Shown here piece by piece: positions 1 to 12,100 of a DNA stretch of 64,000 nucleotides; position 1 is the stretch's first letter; the number at the start of each line of letters is the position of its first letter. The notes below the pieces were generated by a model that saw nothing but the letters and a program-made list of their open reading frames with translations, was not told where the DNA came from and made no database searches. The DNA is from Candidatus Bathyarchaeota archaeon (lineage in GTDB: Archaea > Thermoproteota > Bathyarchaeia > Bathyarchaeales > Bathycorpusculaceae). Position numbers and translations under genes: made by a program. The stretch is taken from positions 37,022-101,021 of the forward strand of contig CAVZJV010000005.1 of assembly GCA_963775685.1 (NCBI GenBank), read 5' to 3'.

Positions 1-5
1 TAGAG

Positions 6-1354
6 TTGGCTTTTGCGAATTTGGGGTATCCCTTTTTGCCCTATGTTTATTTTTTATTTGTTCTATTGGGCTTTGTCGGTTTGATTTTTCGACTGTTGCC
101 TCGGGCCTGGTTGTGGTTGGATCGTAGAATTAGGGGTCGAGGGTTTGGTCGTTTTAGCGATATGTTTGAATTAGATGATGGCGATTTTGGATTTTTAAAC
201 GGACGGTTGGTTGTTGTTTTGGCTGTTGTAGGTTCAGCGGTTATTTCTTGTTTATTTGTTTTGTTCACGGTCTTATCCAGAAACAATCCTACCGGTATGT
301 TGGTTAGTGTGGATTCCCCAATCTATTATAGCTGGATTACTCATATGCAGAGTGTTGATGTTAATTCTGCTTTGTCTTTTGCTTTCAGGTAACGATAGAG
401 CGCTTTTTTTGGTTCTATGTTATGCCCTATCAGCTTTCATTCCGACAATTACTGTAATTCAGTTTGTCGCAGCATTGCTAATTGTATTGTTTGGGTTTGT
501 TTCTTTGTTAGTTTTGCGCTTGTTTAGTAAAGATAGAGTGGTTTGGGTTTTTGGTGTTTTGTTGGTTCCTTTTTCATTTCAAAGCTTAGGCTTGATTTAT
601 TCTGGCTATTTTGCAAATATGCTTGCCCTTATTTTGATTTGCGTATATGTGGTATTATTCTTTAGAGTTCTTAGTTGCCTGGTCAAGTTTAGGCTTCTTT
701 TCTTTGCTAGTTGCATCTGTGCTTGTTTTATTTTCTCATTCTTGGACCTGGTTTATTTTTGCATTTACACTGGGCGTTTTCTTGTTACTCCAATGGCGAC
801 TAGCTGCTCGTGACAGAGGCTTGTGGAGCCGATTTAAAATTCAGGCAATTTTAATCTCTTCATCGATAGGGGTGGGCTTGCTTAGTGATTTAATGCGTAA
901 ATTGATATCTCCTATTTCTTCAGTTACTTCTGTCATTGGAACTGCACAGTCAAGCTTTGGGTTTCCAAATGCCGCCTTCATCCTAAGCGGGTTGCGACAG
1001 GCGGTTGATTTTACTTTAGGCGGGGTTTTTTCTAATCAACTTTTCGTTTTTCTGTCGATTGTCGGGTTCTTGGTATTGTTAAAGTTTAAATCTGAGGTCT
1101 CTAACTTTTTTGTTGCTTGGATTTTTGTGGTTTGCGTCTCTATTTTATTTGCAGGAGGAGATTTTATTTTTGATAGATTTTTGTTTTTATTTCCTTGGAT
1201 AGCTTTGTCTAGTTTGGGGTTGTTTTTTGTTGTTCGTCTTGTTGGAGCTCATTTTGGAGGATGGAGGGGTTGGCAGGTTTTGGTTTTGACATTGGTTTTC
1301 TTGGTTCTTTTGAATGGGAGCCTGAGGTTTATTTTTAACATTAATGTTTGGTAG
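6..1354 (+). CDS. polytopic membrane protein whose frame is broken twice (fragments 6-392, 256-813, 647-1354)
   Basis: Three overlapping same-strand ORFs are all extremely hydrophobic (F/L/V-rich helices). Sensible sequence continues across frame changes near 385-392 and about 660-680. The gene lies at the edge of the glycosylation island. Confidence 0.5.
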
Positions 1355-1450
1355 CGTTTTCTTGTTGAACAGTTTGAAATATTTATTTTAGATTCATAAA
1401 CCTTTTAAATTGAATATTATGATATAAGTCGCATTATTGGGGAAGAAATA

Positions 1451-2071
1451 ATGTTAAGTAAATCAAAATTAGGTGTCATTTCAATAATTGCTGTACTTAT
1501 GCTTTCACTATCCGCAAGCTTAGCAACAGCACAATACACAACGCAAAAAACCAGCAATATCGCCCTTTCTTCTGACGGAACATGTACAATATGTGAAGCT
1601 GATCTGGGTATAACATACGTGGTACAGGGCACAGCAGGAGCTACAGGAACTGTAACTGCTGCAGTCTATAATGGCAATCCTCAACCTACTGCTGAAGTCC
1701 CAAATGGGATCGCATTGACCCATTTCGTTGTTGTCACTTTCGATATGGCTGCAACTGATTTCTCTCAGGCAACAATAACTCTAACCTACACTGATTCTGA
1801 CGTAGCAAACTTAAAAGCGCCTTACTCAGTTTTCAAGTACGTTCCAGAGACACAAAGTTATGTCGAACTGCCATCAACAGTGGATACTGCTGCTAAGACC
1901 ATAACCGTTACCCTGACCAGCGTCAATGATCCTTTGTTAGCCATAGGTGGATCCAGTAGTGCAAGTACATCGGAACCCATTACGATGTGGACTTGGATAG
2001 CTGTGACAGGTGCTGTTGTCATCGCAATCATGATTGTTGCATTCGGAATCACAAGATATCGCCGCAAATAA
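1451..2071 (+). CDS. secreted surface protein with a C-terminal membrane anchor
   Basis: N-terminal signal peptide (MLSKSKLGVISIIAVLMLSLSASLATAQ), a T/S-rich body, and a C-terminal TM helix plus basic tail (WIAVTGAVVIAIMIVAFGITRYRRK). Confidence 0.7.
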   Translation: MLSKSKLGVISIIAVLMLSLSASLATAQYTTQKTSNIALSSDGTCTICEADLGITYVVQGTAGATGTVTAAVYNGNPQPTAEVPNGIALTHFVVVTFDMAATDFSQATITLTYTDSDVANLKAPYSVFKYVPETQSYVELPSTVDTAAKTITVTLTSVNDPLLAIGGSSSASTSEPITMWTWIAVTGAVVIAIMIVAFGITRYRRK

Positions 2072-2099
2072 AGAAATAATTCCGCTATCCTTTCAATCT

Positions 2100-2132
2100 G
2101 TTCGGACCCCCTCCGAACTGAACCCCCTTTTT
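2100..2132 (+). terminator. hairpin plus T-run downstream of 1451-2071
   Basis: Perfect 7-bp stem GTTCGGA (2100-2106) / TCCGAAC (2112-2118) with a CCCCC loop, followed by T5 at 2128-2132. It begins 29 nt after the stop codon. Confidence 0.55.
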
Positions 2133-2961
2133 GTTCTTAAAATCTTGCTTTATGTTTTGTTGTTGTAATTTGCACGTAGCGCCATATTCTTAATTGTCTA
2201 TTTTGCTTTTTTTAATTTGGGTGAATTAGCTTGTGTTTTCAATTATGAAAATTTTGGAAAAAAAGAGTTTTGGCTGATAGAGTTGACTAATGTGAGAATT
2301 TAGACGGTTTATCGTATTCGGAGTGAACTTCTCAAATACTTTAGCTATAACGCATATCTGTAATACTTAGTGTCAATGTTTGCCCGAAATCATCAAATCG
2401 TTATTTAATTGAATTTAACCAGTTCATATAACACCAAAAGCTTTCTTTTCGATTTCAATCATAACCTTAACATTGTTATATGAAGCTTGGGATTTCTTGA
2501 GGCACAGGATTAACATCACTTAAAAGAAAGTATTAATTTAGGTTTTAGTTCTTTGATTCAGGTATTCTGTCATTCTGTGTTTTTGTTCACTTTTGTGATT
2601 TGATTAATGGCGATAGATTAGAGCAAATTTGAATTTGTGATTGTTTAGTTTTGTAATCCTTTATAGGTGAATTATTTGTTCTTGATCACTTGAAAGCTTT
2701 TGAATAATCGTTGGTTTTGTTGTTTTCATTTGTTTTTTGGTTTATTCTTGTTGTTCAGGTTCTGGTGTTTTTAAGCTCGCCTTAAATTAAAATAAAATTT
2801 TATAAACTTCCGTATTCTTTCATTCATAATCAATTAATTTTTGGATATTCCAACAAAATACATCAAAGTTGATGATTCCTTTTTGTTTATTGTTAAATCA
2901 TAATGCTTTTAAGTATTTTACGTAAATGTGGTGTCTCATGAGAGAGGACGGAGGGTTAACG

Positions 2962-3324
2962 ATGAAGAGAGGCATCAACAGTTTAGTTTCAATAACTAAC
3001 ATTGCTGCAGCCAAGAAAAAAGCCCTCAGACACGGCCTATGGTTTAGAACTCTCAACCGATTAGAACGCGGCATCATGGACCTCACCGTAAGATACGTCG
3101 ACAGCATCAAAAGCAAAAAGTTGGTCAAAGTGTTAACGACCATAATGAAAAAGCTACAGTCTGCCAAGGACAGCGCAATAGATAAGATGGTTGGGAATGT
3201 GGGCTTGCCCTTAGCCCGAAAAATCAGTAAAATAGCAGTCAATTGGGGGAACCTCGCAGCATCCGCATGGGCTGACGATCAAAACTTTGCAATATTCTTA
3301 TCAGTTAATTTTGCCAAAACATAG
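2962..3324 (+). CDS. hypothetical helical protein
   Basis: ORF 2926-3324. The internal ATG (MKRGINSLV...) is the likelier start. I recognise no motif. Confidence 0.35.
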   Translation: MKRGINSLVSITNIAAAKKKALRHGLWFRTLNRLERGIMDLTVRYVDSIKSKKLVKVLTTIMKKLQSAKDSAIDKMVGNVGLPLARKISKIAVNWGNLAASAWADDQNFAIFLSVNFAKT

Positions 3325-3347
3325 ACAGTGTATTAGAGGATTAAGGT

Positions 3348-4319
3348 TTGGTTTTAACCACTAGCCAACCCGATGTGGCGCTAATTAATTCCGATGTTAC
3401 TGACTTGCAGGAAACATTAGTAGTTGTGGGAATTCCAGCTTACAACGAAGAAAAAACAATCGCACGAGTAGTTTTAGAAGCCAAAAAGTATGCCGATATC
3501 GTCGTAGTCTGCGATGACGGCTCAGCAGACATGACAAAACAAATTGCCGAACGCATGGGCGCTGACGTTGTTCGTCATGAACAAAATTCAGGTTATGGCG
3601 CTGCAATACAAACTTTGTTTAAGCGTGCAAAAGAACTAAGAGCAAACGTGCTAGTAACACTAGATGGGGATGGACAACACGACCCTGAAGAAATCCAGCA
3701 ATTAATCAAGCCGATCCTAACCGGCAATGCAGAAGTCGTTTTAGGTAGCCGATTCATGAATGAATGCGGCACTGCCGACATGCCATTCTACAGAAAAATA
3801 GGCATAAAAGTCGTGACAAAGCTGGCTAATGGCTCTGGAAAAAATAGAGTCACCGATTCTCAAAGCGGATTCCGAGCATATGGAAAGCAAGCCATAGAGA
3901 GTCTGTCTATGTCTGAGAATGGAATGAGCGCAAGCGTCGAAATTTTGCGTGCCATAGGAAAATCAGGTTTAAAGATATGTGAGGTCCCCATATCCTGTAA
4001 ATACGCCGATAGTGTTGGAGTAGAAACTTCAACTGAAAACCCCGTTACACACGGAGTCGGCCTAATAATGTCTATTGTCAAACTTGTCGTCGAAGACAAA
4101 CCCCTAATGCTTCTTGGATTACCTGGAATAGCATCTTTGATTATGGGTGCTTTGCTTGGGGTATGGTTAATGAACCTATACGTCGATTTAGGCAGAATAG
4201 TCACAAACGTTGCTTTAGCATCAATAGGTTTTCTAATACTAGGGTGCTTTATGCTATCAACTGCTATAACTTTGTATGGTCTAAAACGTTTAAGTCAGAG
4301 AATAGAAAAGAAGGCGTGA
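3348..4319 (+). CDS. GT2 glycosyltransferase, dolichyl-phosphate sugar synthase-like, with C-terminal TM helices
   Basis: VVGIPAYNEEKTI, VVCDDGSAD and TLDGDGQHDP (DxD region) are typical of GT-A family 2. Two C-terminal TM helices resemble Dpm1/AglD-type enzymes. Confidence 0.85.
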   Translation: MVLTTSQPDVALINSDVTDLQETLVVVGIPAYNEEKTIARVVLEAKKYADIVVVCDDGSADMTKQIAERMGADVVRHEQNSGYGAAIQTLFKRAKELRANVLVTLDGDGQHDPEEIQQLIKPILTGNAEVVLGSRFMNECGTADMPFYRKIGIKVVTKLANGSGKNRVTDSQSGFRAYGKQAIESLSMSENGMSASVEILRAIGKSGLKICEVPISCKYADSVGVETSTENPVTHGVGLIMSIVKLVVEDKPLMLLGLPGIASLIMGALLGVWLMNLYVDLGRIVTNVALASIGFLILGCFMLSTAITLYGLKRLSQRIEKKA

Positions 4320-4420
4320 AAAATAAAACTGCTGGCGATCAGTGATTCAATTCAAACCTTGTCAAGGGTAAGACTATTCAAAGTATATATGAACTAAAGA
4401 TTGCGGTCTCGGTAGTCGTT

Positions 4421-5356
4421 GTGGTAAAAAACGGTGAGACTACAATAGAGCAATGTCTTAATTCAGTATTGCAACAAGAACTAGATTACCCCTTCGAGGT
4501 GATTGTTGTTGACGGTGGTTCAACGGATAGCACAACCGACAAAGTCCAGCAATACTCTGTTCGTCTCATAAAAGATAATAATGGAACCATTGCACACAGC
4601 AGAAATGTTGGTATATACTCAGCGATGGGTGAATACATTGCTTTTACTGACTCTGACTGTGTAGTTGAAAAAAATTGGTTAAAATCACTCATAAACGAGA
4701 TACAAAGCAGCCCTAATATAGCAGCTGTCGGTGGCCCAAATTTAGTCGGTGATGCTGATCCACCATTCGGGAAAGTAGTCGGATATATGCAAGGGACATT
4801 TTTTGGTTCAGGCGGATCTCCTCAATCATATACAATGGGGAGTGCGCAATACGTTTATTCTCTGCCAAACTGCAATGCCATGTACAAAAAAAGCGTTTTT
4901 ATCGAAGAAACTTTTGATAGCAGTTTTAACGTTGGTGAGGACTGCGAACTAAATTTCAGGCTTAATCAAAGAGGGTATTCATTTTTGTATATACCCCATA
5001 TTATTGTTTGGCATCATCGTTCCAAAAATATTAAAAAATTCTTCGAAAAAATGTACAGTTATGGCTATGCTATGGGTAAGGTTAGCAAAAAGCATAAAAA
5101 GCTAGTTCGTTGGTTTGCACCTCTCCCCTCAATTGCATTGATTGCTTTAATCCTTGGCCTGCTCTTGATAGGTACTTTTCCGATTATTGCTCTGCCCATA
5201 TTAGCCTCTCTTTTTGTTTATATGGGCGTTCTTTTTTTTTCTACAGCCCAAGTATTTTCAAAATACAGACACAGTAAGTCATTGCTAGTAATGTTCCTTT
5301 TGCCATTACAGCACTTGGCTTATGCGACGGGTTTCCTAAAAAGTATCTTTGTATGA
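4421..5356 (+). CDS. GT2 glycosyltransferase with a C-terminal membrane domain
   Basis: VVDGGSTDST and FTDSDC motifs plus C-terminal TM helices. The start is uncertain: the conserved first beta-strand (LKIAVSVVVVVKN) lies upstream of GTG 4421 with no in-frame canonical start, and an ATG at 4389 is one base out of frame. Confidence 0.75.
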   Translation: MVKNGETTIEQCLNSVLQQELDYPFEVIVVDGGSTDSTTDKVQQYSVRLIKDNNGTIAHSRNVGIYSAMGEYIAFTDSDCVVEKNWLKSLINEIQSSPNIAAVGGPNLVGDADPPFGKVVGYMQGTFFGSGGSPQSYTMGSAQYVYSLPNCNAMYKKSVFIEETFDSSFNVGEDCELNFRLNQRGYSFLYIPHIIVWHHRSKNIKKFFEKMYSYGYAMGKVSKKHKKLVRWFAPLPSIALIALILGLLLIGTFPIIALPILASLFVYMGVLFFSTAQVFSKYRHSKSLLVMFLLPLQHLAYATGFLKSIFV

Positions 5357-5447
5357 TTTAATGATAAAAATATTGAGCGAAAAAGCATGAACCTTTCTTA
5401 TAGTAACTGGGCCTATTTAGCTCTCTTAAAAATGTGAAATAGAAACA

Positions 5448-6539
5448 ATGCACCCTGGTAAAACAGTTGCTTACCCCTTTGTAAGCATAATAATCCTAAA
5501 TTACAATGGGATTCGGTATCTGAAGAATCTTTTTGAATCTCTAGTTAAGACCGATTATCCAAAAGACCTCTTTGAGGTGATAATGGGCGATAACGGCTCT
5601 ACAGATGACTCAGTCAAGTTCACAGAAGAACACTTCGCTTTTGTAAGAGTGCTACGATTTGATAAAAACTACGGTTTCTGTAAAGGCAACAACTTATGTG
5701 CACAACAAGCGATTGGCAAATATGTTGTCTTTTTGAATACCGATATGATTGTAACCAAGGATTGGCTGAAAAGCCTTGTAGAGGCTGTTCTGAACGATAC
5801 GACCGCTATCAGTGCAGGCGCAAAACTACTGAAACCTTATGAAATTAACGGAAAAAAGGTGATTGATTATGCCGGTGGAAAGCTAACGAGTGAAATAAAT
5901 TTCTATGAGGGTCTGCTTGAATTTGATTGCCAAAGGTACTCTAACCAAAAAAGCACTGGTTTCGCTTGCGGCGCCGCGGTCTTGGTCGACAAGGAATTCT
6001 TCTTACTAGTTGGGGGATTTGATGAATACTACTTTGGCGGCGGCGAAGAAGTAGAGCTAGGTTTTCGTGTGTGGCAGTATGGCCACAAAGTCCTTTATGT
6101 TCCCTCGTCTGTTATCTACCACCTGAGATATGGTACGTTTAAAGAATCCGACCCCTTCCCGACCTATAATTGGGCAAAGAGCATGTTTTATTTTATTTTC
6201 AAGAACTACGGGAAAAAATATGTTGCTATCTACAGTTTTGAGAGTCTTTTAATGACGCATCTTCCAAAGATCATGGTTTTCATCGTTAACAAAGACTTGT
6301 CCTTGGCGAAGAGTGTCTTAAAAGGAATAGCTGATTTCTTTATTGAATTAAAAACAAAAAAGATTCTAGAGGATATCTATTTAAAAAGACAACCTATAAA
6401 GAAAAACGCCGTAATTTCCGATAATGACATGATAAAATTAAGTGTTACTGCATCTCTTTCAGAAAAAATGCAATATCGTATTAGACAATTTAAGAATTGG
6501 AACTCTGTTAGGCCAGAGAATCAATTGGTACAGAAATGA
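5448..6539 (+). CDS. GT2 glycosyltransferase
   Basis: VSIIILNYNG, IMGDNGSTDDS and FLNTDM (DxD-like) motifs. The architecture is that of a rhamnosyl/galactosyl-transferase-like GT-A enzyme. Confidence 0.85.
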   Translation: MHPGKTVAYPFVSIIILNYNGIRYLKNLFESLVKTDYPKDLFEVIMGDNGSTDDSVKFTEEHFAFVRVLRFDKNYGFCKGNNLCAQQAIGKYVVFLNTDMIVTKDWLKSLVEAVLNDTTAISAGAKLLKPYEINGKKVIDYAGGKLTSEINFYEGLLEFDCQRYSNQKSTGFACGAAVLVDKEFFLLVGGFDEYYFGGGEEVELGFRVWQYGHKVLYVPSSVIYHLRYGTFKESDPFPTYNWAKSMFYFIFKNYGKKYVAIYSFESLLMTHLPKIMVFIVNKDLSLAKSVLKGIADFFIELKTKKILEDIYLKRQPIKKNAVISDNDMIKLSVTASLSEKMQYRIRQFKNWNSVRPENQLVQK

Positions 6540-7753
6540 AAGGCAAACTTATTGATAACCGCTCAAAAGTGAAAGTGCTTTGGACAGAATGTATATTAAT
6601 GGATGAATCCGCATCGTTTTCAAAGACCACTGAAATAGAAATACTTAATGGATTAGCAGAACTGAATCGAGATGTTCGGCTTCTTGCCTTGCGCTCAAAA
6701 GAAGCTAATGTAAAAAGTCCCTCAATACACCTGTCTATAGTGCCGCTTAGAGCTGTCAGTCTATTAACTCCGGTCATTTTCACGGCAATCGAAGCTATTA
6801 CCATCCCATTATATATTGCCCGATCCAAAGCAGATGTAATAATAACAGAACCAGGTGGTAATTTCCTAGGCCTCATTACGAGCCTAATAGTAAAAAAAAT
6901 CAAGAAGGTTAAATTCATTCTTGATATTCGAAGTCCGCCCGTCGTGGCTTATGGTATATCCGGTTTCGTGGAAAAAAAATGTTTTTTGCTGTCAGTTTCG
7001 TTTGCAAAAAAATTCTTTGATGGTATTACTATAATTACTCCTCGAATGCGGAATGAGATTTGCCAGCAGTATTCAATTAACGCTGACAGAGTAGGTGTTT
7101 GGCCTAGTGGGGTTTCAATAGAAAAGTTTCGTCCCGAAAAGTTTAATCAAAAGAGTTTGAAGAAAAGGCTCGGTTTTTCGGGTAAATTCATAGTATTTTA
7201 TCATGGGTACTTTGCTAAAGACCGTGGTCTTAAAGAAACGGTGGATGCAATGGAGATTTTGAAATCAACATACCCAAATATTGTTTTCTTTTTACTTGGT
7301 GGTGGTCTATTTGCTGACGACTTAAAGTCGATGGTCGCTGAAAGGGAGTTAACCAACGTAATAGTCCATGACCCTGTACGTTACATGGATGTACCCAAAT
7401 TCATCGCTATGAGCGATGTGGGTATTGTACCTCTCCCCGATTTGCCCCACTGGCGGTCGCAATCTCCACTAAAACTGTTAGAGTACCTTTCAATGAAAAA
7501 GCCCGTAATATTAACTGATATCCCTGCGCACAAAGATGTTGTTAGGGACGAGAAATTTGGCATTTATTTGCGATCAATAGACCCACAAGAGATTGCAGAC
7601 CGTATTATTCAAGCGTACCAAAACAGAGAAGCCCTTTCAAAATGGGGGGTTAAAGGACGAGAGTTTGTCAAGGAAAATTACTCTTGGAAAAAGGTCGCTA
7701 AAAAGCTGGATAATTACATTACTGCCGTCAGACTTGGTGCTGCCAGCAAATAG
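6536..7753 (+). CDS. GT4 (GT-B fold) glycosyltransferase
   Basis: The C-terminal domain carries SPLKLLEYLSMKKPVILTD (an E-x7-E-like region) typical of retaining GT-B enzymes. There is a 4-nt overlap with the upstream GT2 gene. Confidence 0.8.
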   Translation: MKGKLIDNRSKVKVLWTECILMDESASFSKTTEIEILNGLAELNRDVRLLALRSKEANVKSPSIHLSIVPLRAVSLLTPVIFTAIEAITIPLYIARSKADVIITEPGGNFLGLITSLIVKKIKKVKFILDIRSPPVVAYGISGFVEKKCFLLSVSFAKKFFDGITIITPRMRNEICQQYSINADRVGVWPSGVSIEKFRPEKFNQKSLKKRLGFSGKFIVFYHGYFAKDRGLKETVDAMEILKSTYPNIVFFLLGGGLFADDLKSMVAERELTNVIVHDPVRYMDVPKFIAMSDVGIVPLPDLPHWRSQSPLKLLEYLSMKKPVILTDIPAHKDVVRDEKFGIYLRSIDPQEIADRIIQAYQNREALSKWGVKGREFVKENYSWKKVAKKLDNYITAVRLGAASK

Positions 7754-7803
7754 CGCCTTCTACGTTTTTACGTGTCTTGGGTGTCAAACATAGAAAAGGT
7801 TGA

Positions 7804-9091
7804 ATGTCTCTGAGAGTTCTGGCTTTATTGGATTATCTGCCAAATACTTTAGGTGGAGCTGAAATAAGCGCCTATTTAGTTCTTAAAAGTCTTGTTAAAC
7901 GAGGTCATGTCGTAAGCATTGTTTCAGAAAGAACCTCCATTACAAAGGGCTATTGTGATTCATTGAGAGCGAAAGATAAGTTTAAGAATGTTTTTTCAAC
8001 CTCCGTTGTTTGTCCTCAGATTAGGCCTTCTTGGATATTTATGGACGTTGTATCCATGGGTCTTTCTTTTCTAGGCAACCTTGCGATATATAAAAATTGT
8101 AAAACCAGATGTAATACTTACTCATAAGCGCGCTGGTTCCGGTGCTGTATTAGCCGCCAAGTTGATTGGCGTTCCAAGCGTTTATGTGGTTCGTGGATAT
8201 CAGCATGCGTGTTTTAATGCAGAAAAAATGCGTCCAGACTATGGGAACGTCATTAGATGTAAACTGGCGAAATGCGATGTTGGGAATCTTTCTAGATGCG
8301 TAAGATTTGCGCCTAATGGCCATGAAAACTTCTTTTGTCGAACCTTAGAGGTGCTCTTTTCTCTATATGCCTATTTTGTCTTAAGGTTGCGCCAGTTTGG
8401 CATGTCAAAAGCTACTGTTCTAGTGGGTGTATCAGATGCTGTAGCTTCGTCTTTAAAAGTTATCTATCCTGCAGATAGCGTTGTTAGAATCTATAATCCT
8501 ATGGAGATAGAATTATTCTCTGGAAAACAGAAAAAACATGATCCTGCAAAAAGGTGTTTTGTTTACGTTGGTCGTTTTTCGCGCTCCAAAGGAATTGATG
8601 TATTGTTAAAGGCCTTCAAACAATTGGTTTCTTCGTATCCTAATTGCCGTCTTGCTATGGTTGGAGACGGTCCAGAAATGAATAATCTGAAACTTTTGGT
8701 CCGTGAGTGGGAGCTAGACCAATCTGTAACTTTTATGGGGTATCTGCCTTTTGATAAGGTTTTATCGTTCCTTGAGCAAAATGGCTTTGCAACAGTAGTT
8801 CCTTCTCTTTGGGAGGAAGCGTTTGGAAGAGTAGTGATTGAATCGATGGCTATGGGAATCCCAGTTATCGCTTCAGATATAGGTGGAATGTCTGAACTAA
8901 TATCCAATGGACGAAACGGCATCCTAGTTGAACCTGGAAATTTTTTAGCTCTCTCGGAAGAAATGAAAAAATTAGTCAACAATAGTGAACTGTATGAAAA
9001 AATGTCTACTTACGATACTGAATTCGTGAATCAATTCGCTTCAGAACGCATCGCAGCAACATATGCCAAACTATTTCAATCAATAATTTGA
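7804..9091 (+). CDS. GT4 glycosyltransferase with an apparent single frameshift (fragments 7804-8127 and 8081-9091)
   Basis: The N-terminal fragment MSLRVLALLDYLPNTLGGAEISAY is a GT4 N-domain. The second fragment carries EEAFGRVVIESMAMGIPVIASDIGGMSELI. The two halves join near 8060-8090. Confidence 0.75.
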
Positions 9092-9104
9092 CAGGATTAC
9101 TCAA

Positions 9105-12100
9105 TTGAAAATAAAACTAAATTTGGAGAATCTTTGCTGGATAATTCCTTCAATAGTCATTTCAATCATCGTTCTATGGATAATTAACGGAATTCTTGGC
9201 TTCATTTTATCTGGAATTGCCGCGCTGCTCTTATTTTGTGCGTTTAAGTTATTAAATTCGCGGGATTCGTCCTTAATTGTATTATCGGTGGATCAAAAAA
9301 GCGCCAAAAGCCTAAAATCCCTGCTTTATGTTTTTGCATTTTTATCACTTTTAAGCGTTTTTCTGGTAAATCCGTTAAATACTTCTTATGCGGATTGGTC
9401 AAGTATTTCATTGTTAAACTACTTGCGTGCAATTAGTGCTTTCTTAATCACGTCTTTTTTTGGTGGTTACTTCGTTTTAGATCTCCTTGGCTTTAACGAA
9501 AAAATTAGTCGAATAGAAAAAGTGCTCTACTCTTTTATTCTTTCGGTACTCATTACTGTCACCTCAACTTATTATTTCTCGGTTTATATTAAAGAATTTT
9601 CGATAATTCCTTTAATCTCGATTTCAAGCTGTTTACTATTATTAGCGATAATCAGATTTTTATGGAAGCAATCGCGATCTTGCGGAACCGATAATACAAT
9701 AAAATCTAAGATCTCGCTTAGCTCTATAATTTTACTTCTCGTTATTTTGTTTGCCTTTTTCGGATTACTTTCTATTTTCTCAGAAAATAGCACGTTAATT
9801 TCTGGCGATATGTGGCGGCAAAATGGGTGGGGCGTAATGATTACGCGGGGGGTATTTCCTAAGGCTCTTGAAATTTTCGATAATTACCTTGCGGCTAACT
9901 TAGCACTTTCTGGGATCCCCATCTTAAACATGCATACTCTACTAGTTTTTCCGTTTGCAGCGTTGTTAATTCTTTCTTTCTATTTAATGGTTAATAGTTT
10001 ATTTAATAGTGCCAAGAAATCCGCATTATCCACTATCTTCTTTACAATTGGCGGTGGCTTTGGAGGTAGCTTATTCCTTTATAGCTACTTAACGGGTCCT
10101 TCTAACTCGCAAGCGCTCCTTGAAAACATTAGTGCTCAAACAATTCTTGATACGAGATATACTTATGGTTCACCATTCTGGTTTGCGGAGTCCATCTTTT
10201 CTTTTATTTCAGTATTCGTCCTTCTGCATTTTCTAAATACCGAAAAAAGCAAAAATAGACTATATTTACTTATTATTCCAGCGGCGATTTTTATCGGATA
10301 CATAACTCGCCCTGAAATCGCCATATTTTTCCTTGCATTAATTATTTTTAGTCTTTTGTATAGAGAAAGAGGCAGCAGAGAACACATAAAGAGGATCTCA
10401 ATAGCAAGTTTACTAGGTCTAGTCCTAACGCTTGCCTATTTTAACCCTTCTAATAACGGCTTTATTGCAATCCTTCTTCTCTTAACTTGCTCGTCTATAG
10501 CTATAATCACGCTTATAATTGTATCACTCAACTATAAGGTTAAAATCCAAGCGTCGATAAAGCGTCGATTACCAATTTTCCTTGGTTTAATCTATTTCAT
10601 TGGGCTTTCGTTTTTGGTCTGGTTTGATATGCGACCGGATATACAGAACAATTTTGATAAAATATATGCTATCGGCGTAGTTCCCTGGTATGCATACTTC
10701 CTCTTGCTAGGTCTACCTGCGATAATAGCGATGATTGGTGTTATTTTTTATTTTGGTACTTTAAGGGAAGACCTGAAGAAACCGTTAAAACTTTTTTTAG
10801 TTCTGTCTTTACTGTTTATCCTTATCGGTAGATTTCTGTCCTTTATTAATACTCAAACTACTTTCTCCTTACCTTTTTGGGAAATAAGGACCGCGTTTTG
10901 GGCTCGTATTTTCATCGCAGTATGCGCTGCATGCCTGCTTATTCCAATATTTAATTCAACAAAGACACGTTACTATAAACATGCACGTTTTTCATCATCG
11001 AGCAAAAAACTGGTTAAAATTCTGGTTATCGGCTGCATAATATCCGTTGTTGTAGTAGTTGGCGTTTCTTCAACAATTTTAAGAACTGAATATTGGACTA
11101 ACTTTGCCCAATACGGCACAGCCGGCGAAGGCCAAACAACTGTTTCGCCTAGTGAGCTTGAAGCAATAGATTTTCTACGACTTAATACCAAGCCATACTC
11201 TCAAACAATTACGTTAACCGCACTTTCCTGGGATAAAGTGAAGTATTTTGGAGGGATTCCAAACACATTTGATAGAACTTCGCTTTTTTTCGATGCCACC
11301 CAAAGTGCTTTTCTTCTTAGAACATTATCTACTCAAGATTTTATTTACGTTGATCAGGGCGATCAATTTTATTTGGATCAACCTTACAAAAACAGCTATC
11401 TTGTGACAAATTATTTGCCTTATTTACCTGTTCCTTTCAATTATTCGAATGTAGCTATTTATGAAATACCTGAAATTTCGCCGCCAAACAGTAATGCAAG
11501 TCTTGCCATAGTGACTCCCGGAACAGGTTTCACGTTTGCTGATGATAGACTGTCAACTTGGGATCTTCATGCCCAATCAAGAACTATTAAGAACATAACG
11601 ACAACTTCTAGCAGTAGCATTTTTACTTTAAGCGGCTATCTGACCACCTCAAGTAGAGACTATTATTTGTTAAGTCAACCGGTCATAAATATGAACACTA
11701 ACGATTTTCCCACATTGTCTATAAAATGGAAAAGCACAGATTCTTGTGCTACTTTTAACGTTAAATATTCAGACGGCACTTATTTAACAGAGTATACGGG
11801 TTCGAAACTAATCAGTCAATCAATGCCTGACTGGACTGTAACTACAACAAATCAACCCACAAATAAAACCGTAACCGAGATAATAGTTGGAATTGATGAC
11901 CGAACAGATATCCAAGTTGATGGTCTTCAGTCTGTTTCTATTGACTATATTGCTTTCCGCTCTAATGATCGTCCTCAAGTATCAGCCTTAACTAAGTTAC
12001 TAGCCGCCTCAAATGTTGACTATGCGATTGTTTCTGATCAAGATCCTAATCTTTGCCAATATCCCCAGCTATTGCTGGCCTCAGACATTAATACTTACGA

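Noticed and set aside
2133-2925. Possible replication origin in the long AT-rich gap
   Set aside because: No ORB-like inverted repeats are recognisable, and there is no adjacent cdc6/orc1 gene.
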